A stretch of DNA of 32,000 bases from Mycoplasmoides pneumoniae FH (lineage in GTDB: Bacteria > Bacillota_I > Bacilli_A > Mycoplasmatales > Mycoplasmoidaceae): assembly GCF_001272835.1 (NCBI RefSeq), contig NZ_CP010546.1, forward strand, positions 150,001 through 182,000, read 5' to 3'. The notes under the pieces were generated by a model, which worked only from the letters and a program-made list of their open reading frames with translations, was not told the DNA's origin and did no database searches. Positions 11,795 to 21,086 of this stretch are shown here, one piece after another. A program made the translations under genes and the position numbers. The stretch's first letter is position 1. Each line of letters starts with the position of its first letter.

Positions 11795-13588
11795 GTGAAC
11801 AATACGCTCGCTTTTAAGTTAAAGAACGCACCCCATAAGCCAGGCTGCTATTTGTGAAAGGATGACGCTGGTCAAGTTTTGTATGTCGGGAAGGCTAAGG
11901 ACATCTTTAAGCGGGTACACCATTACTTTAATCCAAACCGTTCCTTTAAAACACGGGCACTAGTGGAGCGAATTGCGGATGTCGAATACGTCATTTTGAA
12001 AAATGAAAATGATGCTTTGAACTTAGAGGCCAAACTAATTAAACAGTACAAACCGCGCTTTAATTTAGTTTTAAAGGAAAATAATGGTTATCTCTATTTC
12101 TTTATTACCGCCAGTGTTAAACCCACCTTGGAATTGGGCCGCCGGTATGAGTTTTCCAAGAATAAGTACTTCGGTCCGTTTGCATCGAGTAAGTTTCGAC
12201 TGCGTGACATTTATGACCTGTTGTTAAAGCTTTTTCCATTACGCAAGTGCGCGCCCCATGAACGGGGTCACCCCTGCTTTTACTATCAGCTTAAAATGTG
12301 CATGGGTCAGTGTATGGGCGAGGATACACCGGAACGTTACCAGACCACCGTCAAGGGAATTGAACAGTTTTTTAACCACGGTCCCGAGCAGGTTTTAAAC
12401 CACTTGCAACAGCAAGAAATCAAGGCTAGTGAACAACAAAACTTTGAAGCAGCACGCCACTTCTTGGACTTACAGAAAGCCGTTTTAGAACTAGTGAACA
12501 TGCAACAAACGGCCTTCATTAAAGCAAAGCAAAGCCATGACTTTATTGGTTATGTCTTTGAGAAAAATGTGTTAGCCATTACCGTCTTTGCTTACGTTGA
12601 TAACCAACTAATAGGCAAAAACCAGCAGGTCTTTGAACTACCACAGGACGATGAAAAGGAAGTTGAAAGTGCTTTGGTTACCTTTATTTACCACTATTAT
12701 TCCACCAATAAGATACCCAAAACCCTTACAGTTTCTTTAAGCGAAGAGAATTTGAGCTTACTGGCCAACAGTCTTAAAATTAATGTTACGCAACCAAAAA
12801 ACGGCGAGCAAAAATCCATTTTGCAAACCGTGATTGACAACGCCCGTTATGCCTTAAACACCAAGTGAACTGGGTTTATCAATAACCTTAACCGTGCCGA
12901 AGTGCACCAGCAATTAGCGCAGCTTTTACAAGTTCCTTCGATTCAAAGTCTGGAAATTATTGACATCTCCTTTTATGACAAAGACCACGTGGTGGGGGCG
13001 ATGTTACGGTACGAAAATGGCAAACGGATGAAAGCGTTATCACGCCGTTACAACATTAACATTGACCATAAGGGTGACACTAACTATATGGCTGATGTGG
13101 TGTACCGCCGGATTATTTCGTCCATCCAAACCCATAAACAGCTACCTTTAAGTGATCTTTTAATTGTCGATGGTGGGATTGCCCAAATTAATACGGTAAC
13201 CAAGGTGTTTGCCTCTTTCCCTAACGTTACCCAACCGATCATTATTGGCTTAGCGAAAAACACCCGTCACCAAACTGACCACATTGTGTTAACGGATAAC
13301 ACTACCATTAACATTGACAAAAATACGCCTTTGTTTGCTTATCTTACCACCATTCAAGAAGAGGTCGATAGCTTTGCCAAACACAATGCCTTTAAGCGAG
13401 TTAGTCGCGCTCGCTTCCAAAATCCACTCTTACAAATTGAAGGGGTTGGGCGAAAAACTGTCCAAATATTACTTGATAATTTTCAAACAATGCAAAACAT
13501 TGAAGCTGCTTCTTTGAGCGAATTATCACAGTTTATTCCTGCTAATTTAGCACAAAAAATTAAAACTTTTCTAAAGGAAAATGACTAA
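11795..13588 (+). CDS. uvrC: Excinuclease ABC subunit C
   Basis: In frame upstream of the tracked ORF: [44 protein letters not shown]; C-terminal LLIVDGGIAQINTVTKV and LLQIEGVGRKTVQILLDNF helix-hairpin-helix. TGA(Trp) at 12866. Start GTG 11795 chosen by similarity in length to other UvrC N-termini; TTG 11786 is possible. Confidence 0.9.
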
Positions 13589-14060
13589 AGTATTAGTGTT
13601 ATCAGACACCCATGGCTATAACGATAGGTGACTAGCCGTTATGAAGTTGCACAACCCTGATGTAGTAATTCATGCTGGTGATCATTTAACTACTAAAAAG
13701 TTTATGGATCAAAATGCCACTTTTTGGGTTGCTGGTAATCATGATGTTGTTGGCGAAGAGATTCAAATGTTTGAGTTAGAGGGAATCCAGTTTGTTTTAA
13801 TGCACGGCCATCAAGCGCCCCGTCATGATCTCAAGCAGTGGTATAAAATGCTGGTTGATCAAGCTAAAAGCTATCTTTGTGATGTTTTAATTGTGGGTCA
13901 CAGTCACATAGAGCACTATGAAACTATTGATGGGATCCAGGTTATTAACCCCGGTTCTCTAGAAATTCCCCGTAATCCGAGAAAGCTACCTACCTACTGT
14001 AATTTAAACTTAAGTCAGGGCAGGATAAGTGATTTAACGTTCCATTTTCCTCGGGATTAA
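13581..14060 (+). CDS. YfcE/MJ0936-type metallophosphoesterase
   Basis: MTKVLVLSDTHGYNDRWLAVMKLHNPDVVIHAGDH...VAGNHDVV...MHGHQ...VLIVGHSHIEHYETIDGIQVINPGS; 8-nt overlap with uvrC. Confidence 0.88.
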
Positions 14061-14226
14061 GTCAAATAAATAAAAAAAGCCATCTACCTAACAAGCAGAA
14101 GGCTAAAAAATACTTTTTTAGCGATATTGAAATTAACAGAAAGATCTGTTAGCAAATGTAAGGAACAAGCTTATGCAAACTTTCAATATGTGACGTGTTG
14201 AAAAACCTTTAAGAGTATGCATCAAT

Positions 14227-14277
14227 TGGGAGTAGGAAAGCAGGCTTTCAACACAAGTTTTCGTTTTCCTGCTCCCA
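14227..14277. repeat. Long inverted repeat / stable hairpin in the 390-nt intergenic region
   Basis: TGGGAGTAGGAAAGC (14227-14241) pairs with GTTTTCCTGCTCCCA (14263-14277): 15 pairs with two G-U wobbles and a 21-nt loop. Confidence 0.65.
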
Positions 14278-14450
14278 CTAAATAAATTGGGAAAGGTTTT
14301 CAAAGTCGCCAAAAAGATTAAATATTTTTGGAATTTTGAATTTTTAGTTGCTTCTAATTGTTAATAGAGATTTACTTTCAAAAAAACTTTTTGGTTTATT
14401 TTTGGTGTCTTTACTAACTTAAAGCAATTTAGTTAGTGTAAAGACTCATA

Positions 14451-15266
14451 ATGTTTAAATTAAAAATTAACAACTTCCAATTAGGTTTCAAACTCGTTCA
14501 GTGACCAGTGACGAACCACCTTCTTAAACATTTTTACGTTTTTCCAATCAATAATAAAGGAGGTCTTGCCATTAAACGCATAATTTCACTTGCTTTGTTT
14601 AAGAAAAGACTTAACAAAGATAAGATTAATAATTGTCATGTTTGGGAAGAAGAGTTACCTGATGGTAGCTACGACATGGGATTTAATGGCAATTTCAACC
14701 ATATGGAAAAACGAAAAAGTGGTTATGTTACCCAAAAGCAGTTTAGCGAGTTCAAAGATGCCAACAATCAGCGTCTCATAAAGATTGAAACTACTTTGGC
14801 TATCCAAGGCGAACAAATCAACAAATTGACTCAAACTGTTGAAAAGCAAGGCGAACAAATCAATCAATTAGTTCAAGTTGTGCTTCTTCAGGGCGAGCAA
14901 ATTAGAGAACTTCAAGTGGAGCAAAAAGCACAAAGACAAGAGTTTAATGCCCGCATGGATCGTTTGGAAAATCTTTTGGTGGAAAGTATAGAATCTACCA
15001 ATAATCGCTTCGACTCTATGGAAAGACGTTTAGACTCTATGGATAGTCGTCTTGATTCTATGGAAAATCGCTTGGTTTCAATGGAAAGCCGTCTTGATTC
15101 TATGGAAAATCGCTTAGATTCAATGGAAGGTCGTCTTGATTCTATGGAAAATCGCTTAGATTCAATGGAAGGTTGTCTTGATTTTGTTGAAGGACGCTTA
15201 GACTCTATGGAAACTCGTTTAGACTCTATGGAAACTCGCCTGGACAAAGTCGATCCGCCCAAATAG
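14451..15266 (+). CDS. DUF16/UPF0134 family coiled-coil protein (RepMP1-associated)
   Basis: Open from ATG 14451 via TGA(Trp) 14502; [32 protein letters not shown]..., then LDSMENR-type heptads ending RLDKVDPPK. Real start may be at or near 14571 (see findings). Confidence 0.82.
15006..15236 (+). repeat. Tandem 21-bp repeat, 11 units, encoding heptads RLDSME(N/G/S/T)
   Basis: 231 nt = 11 x 21 nt: [77 protein letters not shown]. Confidence 0.88.
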
Positions 15267-15287
15267 TTTTTAGTTAAAAAATAAGGG

Positions 15288-15330
15288 TATCAGCAGTTAA
15301 TCTTAAAGATTAGTTGCTGGTATTTTTATT
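15288..15330 (+). terminator. Candidate hairpin terminator after DUF16 gene
   Basis: TATCAGCAGTTAATCTT / AAGATTAGTTGCTGGTA inverted repeat (three wobble pairs) followed by TTTTTATT. Confidence 0.6.
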
Positions 15331-15413
15331 CATTTAATGCTTTCTAAAAACTTTTTGTCAATTTTGTTGGCACTTCTAAATTGCTAGTTCAATTTATTAA
15401 GTGGAGGAGCAAA

Positions 15414-15530
15414 ATGCAAATCTTTAATTTTTGAAATTGATCAGTAAAAAATCTGATCACCGTTGGTAGCATTGCTGCAAATAGTAGTTATGTAATTTGC
15501 AAACAGAAAGGAATTTTTCAATATGAGTAA
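15414..15530 (+). promoter_or_regulatory. Leader ORF copy A (38 aa) in a repeated 5' leader
   Basis: GGAGGAGCAAAATG; MQIFNFWNWSVKNLITVGSIAANSSYVICKQKGIFQYE* with UGA=Trp; its stop lies inside the downstream CDS that starts at 15523. Confidence 0.6.
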
Positions 15531-15804
15531 TACAAAAAAATTAAGAATAACTTCAATCGAAGAAACAATAGAAATAATAGTTAATTCAAAACTATTAGCT
15601 TTTGGTTTTTACCCAGTTGGTTTAGAAGATGGAACTTACGAACTTAATGTAAGGATTATTTTTAAAGAAAAAACTGCAGATTCTGAGAAGAGTAGCAGTG
15701 TACATCCTTTACAAAAGGAGTATTATGTAAGGGAATTTTTGAGATTTCTTGAGCGCCATAAAGATTCTCTGGCGCAACAACTATTAGTAGTAGAAGACAA
15801 TTAA
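15523..15804 (+). CDS. Hypothetical protein with an EDGTYE-type module shared with neighbouring DUF16-like genes
   Basis: 93-aa ORF; GFYPVGLEDGTYELNVRII resembles [16 protein letters not shown] (14451 gene) and AYFDPKEDGTCEFIMKIK (19056 gene). Confidence 0.7.
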   Translation: MSNTKKLRITSIEETIEIIVNSKLLAFGFYPVGLEDGTYELNVRIIFKEKTADSEKSSSVHPLQKEYYVREFLRFLERHKDSLAQQLLVVEDN

Positions 15805-16938
15805 ATGATTTCTCCCAAACTGGATTGACTCATCCTCACCGCCACCGCCTCCCTCGCGGCGGGACTCACCGTAGTGGGACACTTCACAAGTACCACCACG
15901 ACGCTCAAGCGCCAGCAATTTAGCTACACCCGCCCTGACGAGGTCGCGCTGCGCCACACCAATGCCATCAACCCGCGCTTAACCCCGTGAACGTATCGTA
16001 ACACGAGCTTTTCCTCCCTCCCCCTCACGGGTGAAAACCCCGGGGCGTGGGCCTTAGTGCGCGACAACAGCGCTAAGGGCATCACTGCCGGCAGTGGCAG
16101 TCAACAAACCACGTATGAACCTGCGCGAACCGAAGCGGCTTTGACCGCATCAACCACCTTTGCGTTACGCCGGTATGACCTCGCCGGGCGCGCCTTATAC
16201 GACCTCGACTTTTCGAAGTTAAACCCACAAACGCCCACGCGCGACCAAACCGGGCAGATCACCTTTAACCCCTTTGGCGGCTTTGGTTTGAGTGGGGCTG
16301 CACCCCAACAGTGAAACGAGGTCAAAAACAAGGTCCCCGTCGAGGTGGCGCAAGACCCCTCCAATCCCTACCGGTTTGCCGTTTTACTCGTGCCGCGCAG
16401 CGTGGTGTACTATGAGCAGTTGCAAAGGGAGTTGGGCTTACCACAGCAGCGAACCGAGAATGGTCAAAATACTTCCACCACCGGGGCAATGTTTGGCTTG
16501 AAGGTGAAGAACGCCGAGGCGGACACCGCGAAGAGCAATGAAAAACTCCAGGGCGCTGAGGCCACTGGTTCTTCAACCACATCTGGATCTGGCCAATCCA
16601 CCCAACGTGGGGGTTCGTCAGGGGACACCAAAGTCAAGGCGTTGCAGGTGGCGGTGAAAAAGAAATCCGGGAGTCAGGGCAACTCCGGTGACCAAGGCAC
16701 CGAACAGGTGGAACTTGAATCTAATGATTTAGCCAACGCCCCGATTAAACGGGGCTCCAATCCAGCAAGTCCAACTCAAGGCAGCCGACTTCGGCACCAC
16801 CCCATCCAGTTCGGAATCTGGTCAATCAGGCACCCCCACCCCCTGAAGGCCGTGGCTTGCGACCGAGCAAATTCACAAGGACCTCCCCAAATGATCCGCC
16901 TCGATCCTCATTCTGTACGATGCGCCTTATGCCTTTAA
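15805..16938 (+). CDS. P1-like protein fragment (N-terminal adhesin P1 homolog, frameshifted distally)
   Basis: [62 protein letters not shown]..., nearly identical to the P1 N-terminus in this window; changes frame after NAPIKRGSN. Confidence 0.75.
15821..16932 (+). repeat. RepMP4-like repeat, copy of the P1 gene 5' region
   Basis: Constant 13,540-nt offset to the P1 gene (15831 to 29371, 16321 to 29861), then a divergent block ~16405-16500, homology again to GATGCGCCTTATGC. Confidence 0.9.
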
Positions 16939-17100
16939 TTGCTCTTGTTAATTTAGTTAAGTTTTTGTTTGCACAAAATTAAATTTTCTGTTTAATTAAC
17001 TATCAATATTTTGCTGCTTTAAAATTTAAAGCAACTTTTAAACAGTAAGTTGTATCTTTTCACAAAGATTTAGTTCGATAAATTATTGGTAACAAGAGGG

Positions 17101-17440
17101 ATGGAAACAACCGCAAAAAGTATTGATTGCAAAGAATTAGGCCTTTCTGTAACGACGAAGCAACAACTGCATAAATTAACACTTGCTACTATTTGACTTT
17201 GGGATTCTTTGTTTTTTGTTTTCTCTTACTTTTGTTTATAACGCTTACTTATACGATCTATTTTGAGCAACACATTTTGGGAAGTGATAAACCACTTCCT
17301 TTTTGGTGATACATTAAAAATCATGTGGTTCCCACCTTTGGCGTCTTAACTTTAGCTTGTTGGTGTGCGTTGATTGGGATTAACTTTTGGGTTTACAAAC
17401 ACACTTCACAAACAGAGCTGTTTCACAAATCAATTAGGTG
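17101..17440 (+). pseudogene. Decayed hydrophobic (membrane) protein remnant
   Basis: METTAKSIDCKELGLSVTTKQQLHKLTLATIWLWDSLFFVFSYFCL* followed in other frames by hydrophobic stretches such as FGVLTLACWCALIGINFWVYKHTSQTELFHKSIR. Confidence 0.4.
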
Positions 17441-17513
17441 ACTTAAATGAGGTATTTTATTACCGCAAATTGCGCTAGCTAACTCCCTTTTCATTAGACA
17501 GAAACTAAGGCTA

Positions 17514-18087
17514 ATGGAAGGCGAAGAACAGTTGAATAACAACAAAATAGAACAGAAACTAAAAGCTTTATTTATTAGTTTCTTTACTATTTGAGCAGTA
17601 CAATTGCTTTTAGGTTTTTTCTTTTGGTTGCCGGTCTATGGTCTCTTTTTTTGATATATATACCAAAGCATCGATTGTAGAAGCTGTACGTTTTTCTTTT
17701 TTGAATACCTTTCAATTAAAGGAACTTGGTTTACCGATTAAAGAAATTGCTGTACCATTAGGCACATTAGTCTTTCTTTTTGTTGTTATTATTACCTTAA
17801 TTCCGTTGTTAATTATTGGTAATTTAATTTGGACTAACTTGCGTTTAATAGAACGGGAAAATACACAGCAGTACCAACTCGTTTTTGGTTACAGTTTGAT
17901 AGTTAGTGATATTGTTGGTTTTGCTATTGTTTTCTTCGGTGCCATTTTAGGTACAAATTTAAAAAGTGTTGAATTATTCATAGCATTGGGTTGAATGATG
18001 ATGTTAGGATCATTAATTGCATTGGGCACTACTGTTAACTTAGTGAGCTCAATTTATCTCTACATAAAACTAGCATTGAAGAGATAG
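17514..18087 (+). pseudogene. Putative membrane protein split by a frameshift at a 7-T tract
   Basis: MEGEEQLNNNKIEQKLKALFISFFTIWAVQLLLGFFFWLPVYGLFF (frame 3) leads into DIYTKASIVEAVRFSFLNTFQLKELGLPIKEIAVPL... (frame 1, through TGA 17992 to TAG 18085-18087) at GTCTCTTTTTTTGAT. Confidence 0.6.
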
Positions 18088-18090
18088 ACA

Positions 18091-18708
18091 CACTTCTCCC
18101 CCACGCTCACGCGCTTCTCCACCGGGTTCAACCTCGCGGGGTCGGTTCTCGACTAGGTGTTGGATTATGTGCCCTGGATTGGGAATGGGTACAGGTATGG
18201 GAATAACCACCGGGGCGTGGATGATATAACCGCGCCTAAAACCGGCGCGGGGTCGTCCAGCGGAACTAGTACGAACACAAGTGGTTCGCGTTCCTTTCTC
18301 CCGACGTTCTCGAATGTCGGCGTTGGCCTCAAAGCCAACGTCCAAGCCACGCTTGGTGGCAGTCAGAAGACGACTACAGGCGGCTCCAAATGACCCACCC
18401 TCGACCAAGCCAACCTCCTGCTCTGAACCGGCGCGGGGTGAAGGAATGATAAGAACGGACAAAGTGACGAAAACCACACCACCTTTAAAAGCGCTACGGG
18501 CAGTGGCCAGCAGGGTGGTTCTTCAGGTACAAATACCTCAGCGGGGAATCCCGACTCGTTAAAGCAGGATAAAATCACCAAGGAAAGCTCGGGTAACCTC
18601 AAAACGGAGGACGGCGCTGCCAACTCTAACGAAAACAAAGACAACACTAATTATCAAAATTTACCCGCTTATGGGAAAGTTAGTGGGTGGATAACACCTG
18701 ATTATTAA
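18091..18708 (+). repeat. RepMP2/3-like partial copy of P1 (decayed)
   Basis: CTTCTCCCCCACGCTCACGCGCTTCTCCACCGGGTTCAACCTCGCGGGGTC... parallels P1 from ~31680. CAG to TAG in [13 protein letters not shown]; an internal segment is missing between NYQNLP and AYGKV. Confidence 0.85.
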
Positions 18709-18936
18709 TAGGCTTTTTACTTTCCAAAAGTTTTAAAGTTGTTTTGGCACTTTCAAACTTTAAAGACCATTTAAAAGGCATAAAAGGATAGTTATGTCTT
18801 TAAGAAATATTTTGCGATTCAGTTCGCTTTTGGTTTTATTTGGTTTTGAGTCTTTTCTAGTTAATGCTCAAATCTTTTTGCAAAGTTTGTTGTCACTTCT
18901 AAATAACCTACTCAATGTATTTAGTGGAGGAACAAA

Positions 18937-19053
18937 ATGCAAATCTTTAATTTTTGAAATTGATCAGCAAAGCGTCTGATCCCTGTTGGCAACCGAGTTG
19001 CAAGTGTTAGTTATTTTTTAAAAAATCAAAAGAAAAAAGAAAGGAACATTTAA
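18937..19053 (+). promoter_or_regulatory. Leader ORF copy B (38 aa)
   Basis: TTTAGTGGAGGAACAAAATG; MQIFNFWNWSAKRLIPVGNRVASVSYFLKNQKKKERNI*; ends 2 nt before ATG 19056. Confidence 0.6.
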
Positions 19054-19055
19054 AC

Positions 19056-19262
19056 ATGAAAAAAGTTAAAGCATTAAGGAATCTTTTTTTAGAAAAAGCC
19101 AGTGAAAAACTTGAATACCCCAAAATTGCTTCAATGGTAGCTTACTTTGATCCAAAGGAAGATGGTACTTGTGAATTCATTATGAAAATTAAAACTGTCA
19201 ATGAAGTTGCTGACACTGAGACGACAAATAAGGAAAAGCCTTTAGGCACTTGAAAGAGTTAG
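19056..19262 (+). CDS. Small hypothetical protein related to the 15523 gene
   Basis: MKKVKALRNLFLEKASEKLEYPKIASMVAYFDPKEDGTCEFIMKIKTVNEVADTETTNKEKPLGTWKS*; TGA 19251 read as Trp. Confidence 0.6.
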
Positions 19263-19292
19263 TTGATTTTTTGGTCTAAAAAGACATAAATT

Positions 19293-19334
19293 TACCAACA
19301 GTAAGTGTTAAAACTTGCTGTTGGTATTTTTATT
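19293..19334 (+). terminator. Candidate hairpin terminator
   Basis: TACCAACAGTAAGT (19293-19306) pairs with ACTTGCTGTTGGTA (19313-19326), one wobble pair, then TTTTTATT. Confidence 0.7.
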
Positions 19335-21086
19335 CCCCCACGCTTTCCCGCTTCTCCACCGGGTTCAACCTCGCGGGGGCACTCCTCGACCAGGTGTTGG
19401 ATTATGTGCCCTGGATTGGGAATGGGTACAGGTATGGGAATAACCACCGGGGGAGCAACAGTAGTACGAGTGGGGTAACGACCCAGGGACAATCCCAAAA
19501 TGCATCCAGTAACGAACCCGCACCGACGTTTTCGAATGTCGGCGTTGGTCTCAAAGCCAATGTCAACGGCACCTTAAGTGGTTCGCGAACTACGCCTAAT
19601 CAGCAAGGCACTCCCTGGTTAACCCTCGACCAAGCCAACCTCCAGCTCTGAACGGGCGCGGGGTGAAGGAATGATAAGAACGGACAAAGTGACGAAAACT
19701 ACACCAATTTCGCGAGTGCTACGGGCAGTACGAACCAGCAGGGTTCAACAACGGGTGGATCAGCGGGCAACCCCGACTCGTTAAAGCAGGATAAGGCTGA
19801 TAAAAGTGGTGATTCGGTAACGGTTGCAGAAGCCACATCGGGCGACAACTTGACGAATTACACCAACCTCCCCCCAACCTCACCCCCACATCCGACTGAC
19901 CGAACGCGCTGTCATTCACCAACAAGAACAACGCCCAGCGGGTGCAGCTGTTCCTGCGCGGCCTGTTGGGCAGCATCCCGGTGTTGGTCAATAAGAGTGG
20001 GCAAGATGATAACAGTAAGTTTAATTCCACCGACCAAAAATGGTCTTACACCGAATTAAAGTCGGATCAAACCAAGCTCAACCTCCCCGCTTATGGTGAG
20101 GTGAATGGATTGTTGAATCCGGCGTTGGTGGAAACCTATTTTGGGACGACGCTTACGTCTAGCACTGCGAACCAAAACAGTACAACCGTCCCCAGTATCG
20201 GTTTTAAAATTCCCGAACAAAATAATGATTCAAAGGCTGTGCTGATCACCCCCGGGTTGGCTTGAACGCCCCAGGACGTCGGTAACCTCGTTGTCAGTGG
20301 TACCAGCTTGAGCTTCCAGCTCGGCGGGTGGTTAGTTACGGTTCACGGACTTTATCAAACCCCGCGCGGGTTATTTGGGCCTCCAGTTAAGTGGCCTGGA
20401 TGCCAGTGACAGCGACCAAAGGGAGTTAATTTGGGCCAAGCGGCCCTGAGCGGCATTTCGTGGCAGTTGGGTCAACCGGTTGGGACGGGTCGAGAGTGTG
20501 TGGGATTTGAAGGGGGTGTGGGCGGATCAAGCTCACAGCGCGGTGTCCGAGTCGCAAGCAGCTACAAGTAGTACCACCACCACCGCAACAGGGGACACCT
20601 TACCGGAGCACCCGAATGCCCTCGCGTACCAAATTAGCTCCACCGACAAGGATTCGTACAAGGCTTCCACTCAAGGCTCCGGTCAAACCAATTCCCAAAA
20701 CACCTCCCCCTACCTGCATTTGATTAAACCTAAAAAAGTTACTGCTTCCGACAAGTTAGACGACGATCTTAAAAACCTGTTGGACCCCAACGAGGTTCGG
20801 GTGAAGCTGCGCCAAAGCTTTGGTACAGACCATTCCACCCAACCCCAACCCCAAGCCCTCAAAACAACGACACCGGTGTTTGGGACGAATAGTGGTAACC
20901 TCGGTAGTGTGCTTAGTGGTGGGGGTACCACGCAGGACTCAAGCACCACCAATCAACTGTCACCCGTTGAACGGGTGAGTGGGTGGCTTGTGGGGCAGTT
21001 ACCAAGCACGAGTGACGGAAACACCTCCTCCACCAACAACCTCGCGCCTAATACTAATACGGGGAATGAGGTGGTGGGGGTGGGAG
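19335..21086 (+). repeat. RepMP2/3-like copy of P1, near full length, with frameshifts
   Basis: Reading frames 19394-19651, 19942-20265 and 20480-21127 together encode P1 C-terminal-region sequence ([20 protein letters not shown]...[12 protein letters not shown]...[36 protein letters not shown]...[12 protein letters not shown]). Confidence 0.88.

Noticed and set aside
10699-11820. CIRCE operator (TTAGCACTC-N9-GAGTGCTAA) near hrcA or grpE.
   Set aside because: I looked at the upstream regions of hrcA, topJ and grpE and saw no convincing inverted repeat of this form.
15006-15236. Short regular repeats resembling a CRISPR array.
   Set aside because: Units are contiguous 21-mers in frame with no unique spacers, and no cas genes are present.
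14912-15262. Minus-strand 116-aa ORF of SIES(K/R) repeats, and similar ORFs at 26787-27053 (+).
   Set aside because: Mirror image of the 21-bp DUF16 coiled-coil repeats; no independent support.
16101-16582. Minus-strand ORFs opposite the RepMP4 copy (and the same at 29641-29904).
   Set aside because: They recur because the P1 sequence is duplicated; they arise from high-GC P1 coding bias and have no independent evidence.
18794-18979. ORF MSLRNILRFSSLLVLFGFESFLVNAQIFLQSLLSLLNNLLNVFSGG... overlapping leader B.
   Set aside because: Signal-peptide-like, but it overlaps the conserved leader ORF in another frame and is not preserved in the other leader copies.
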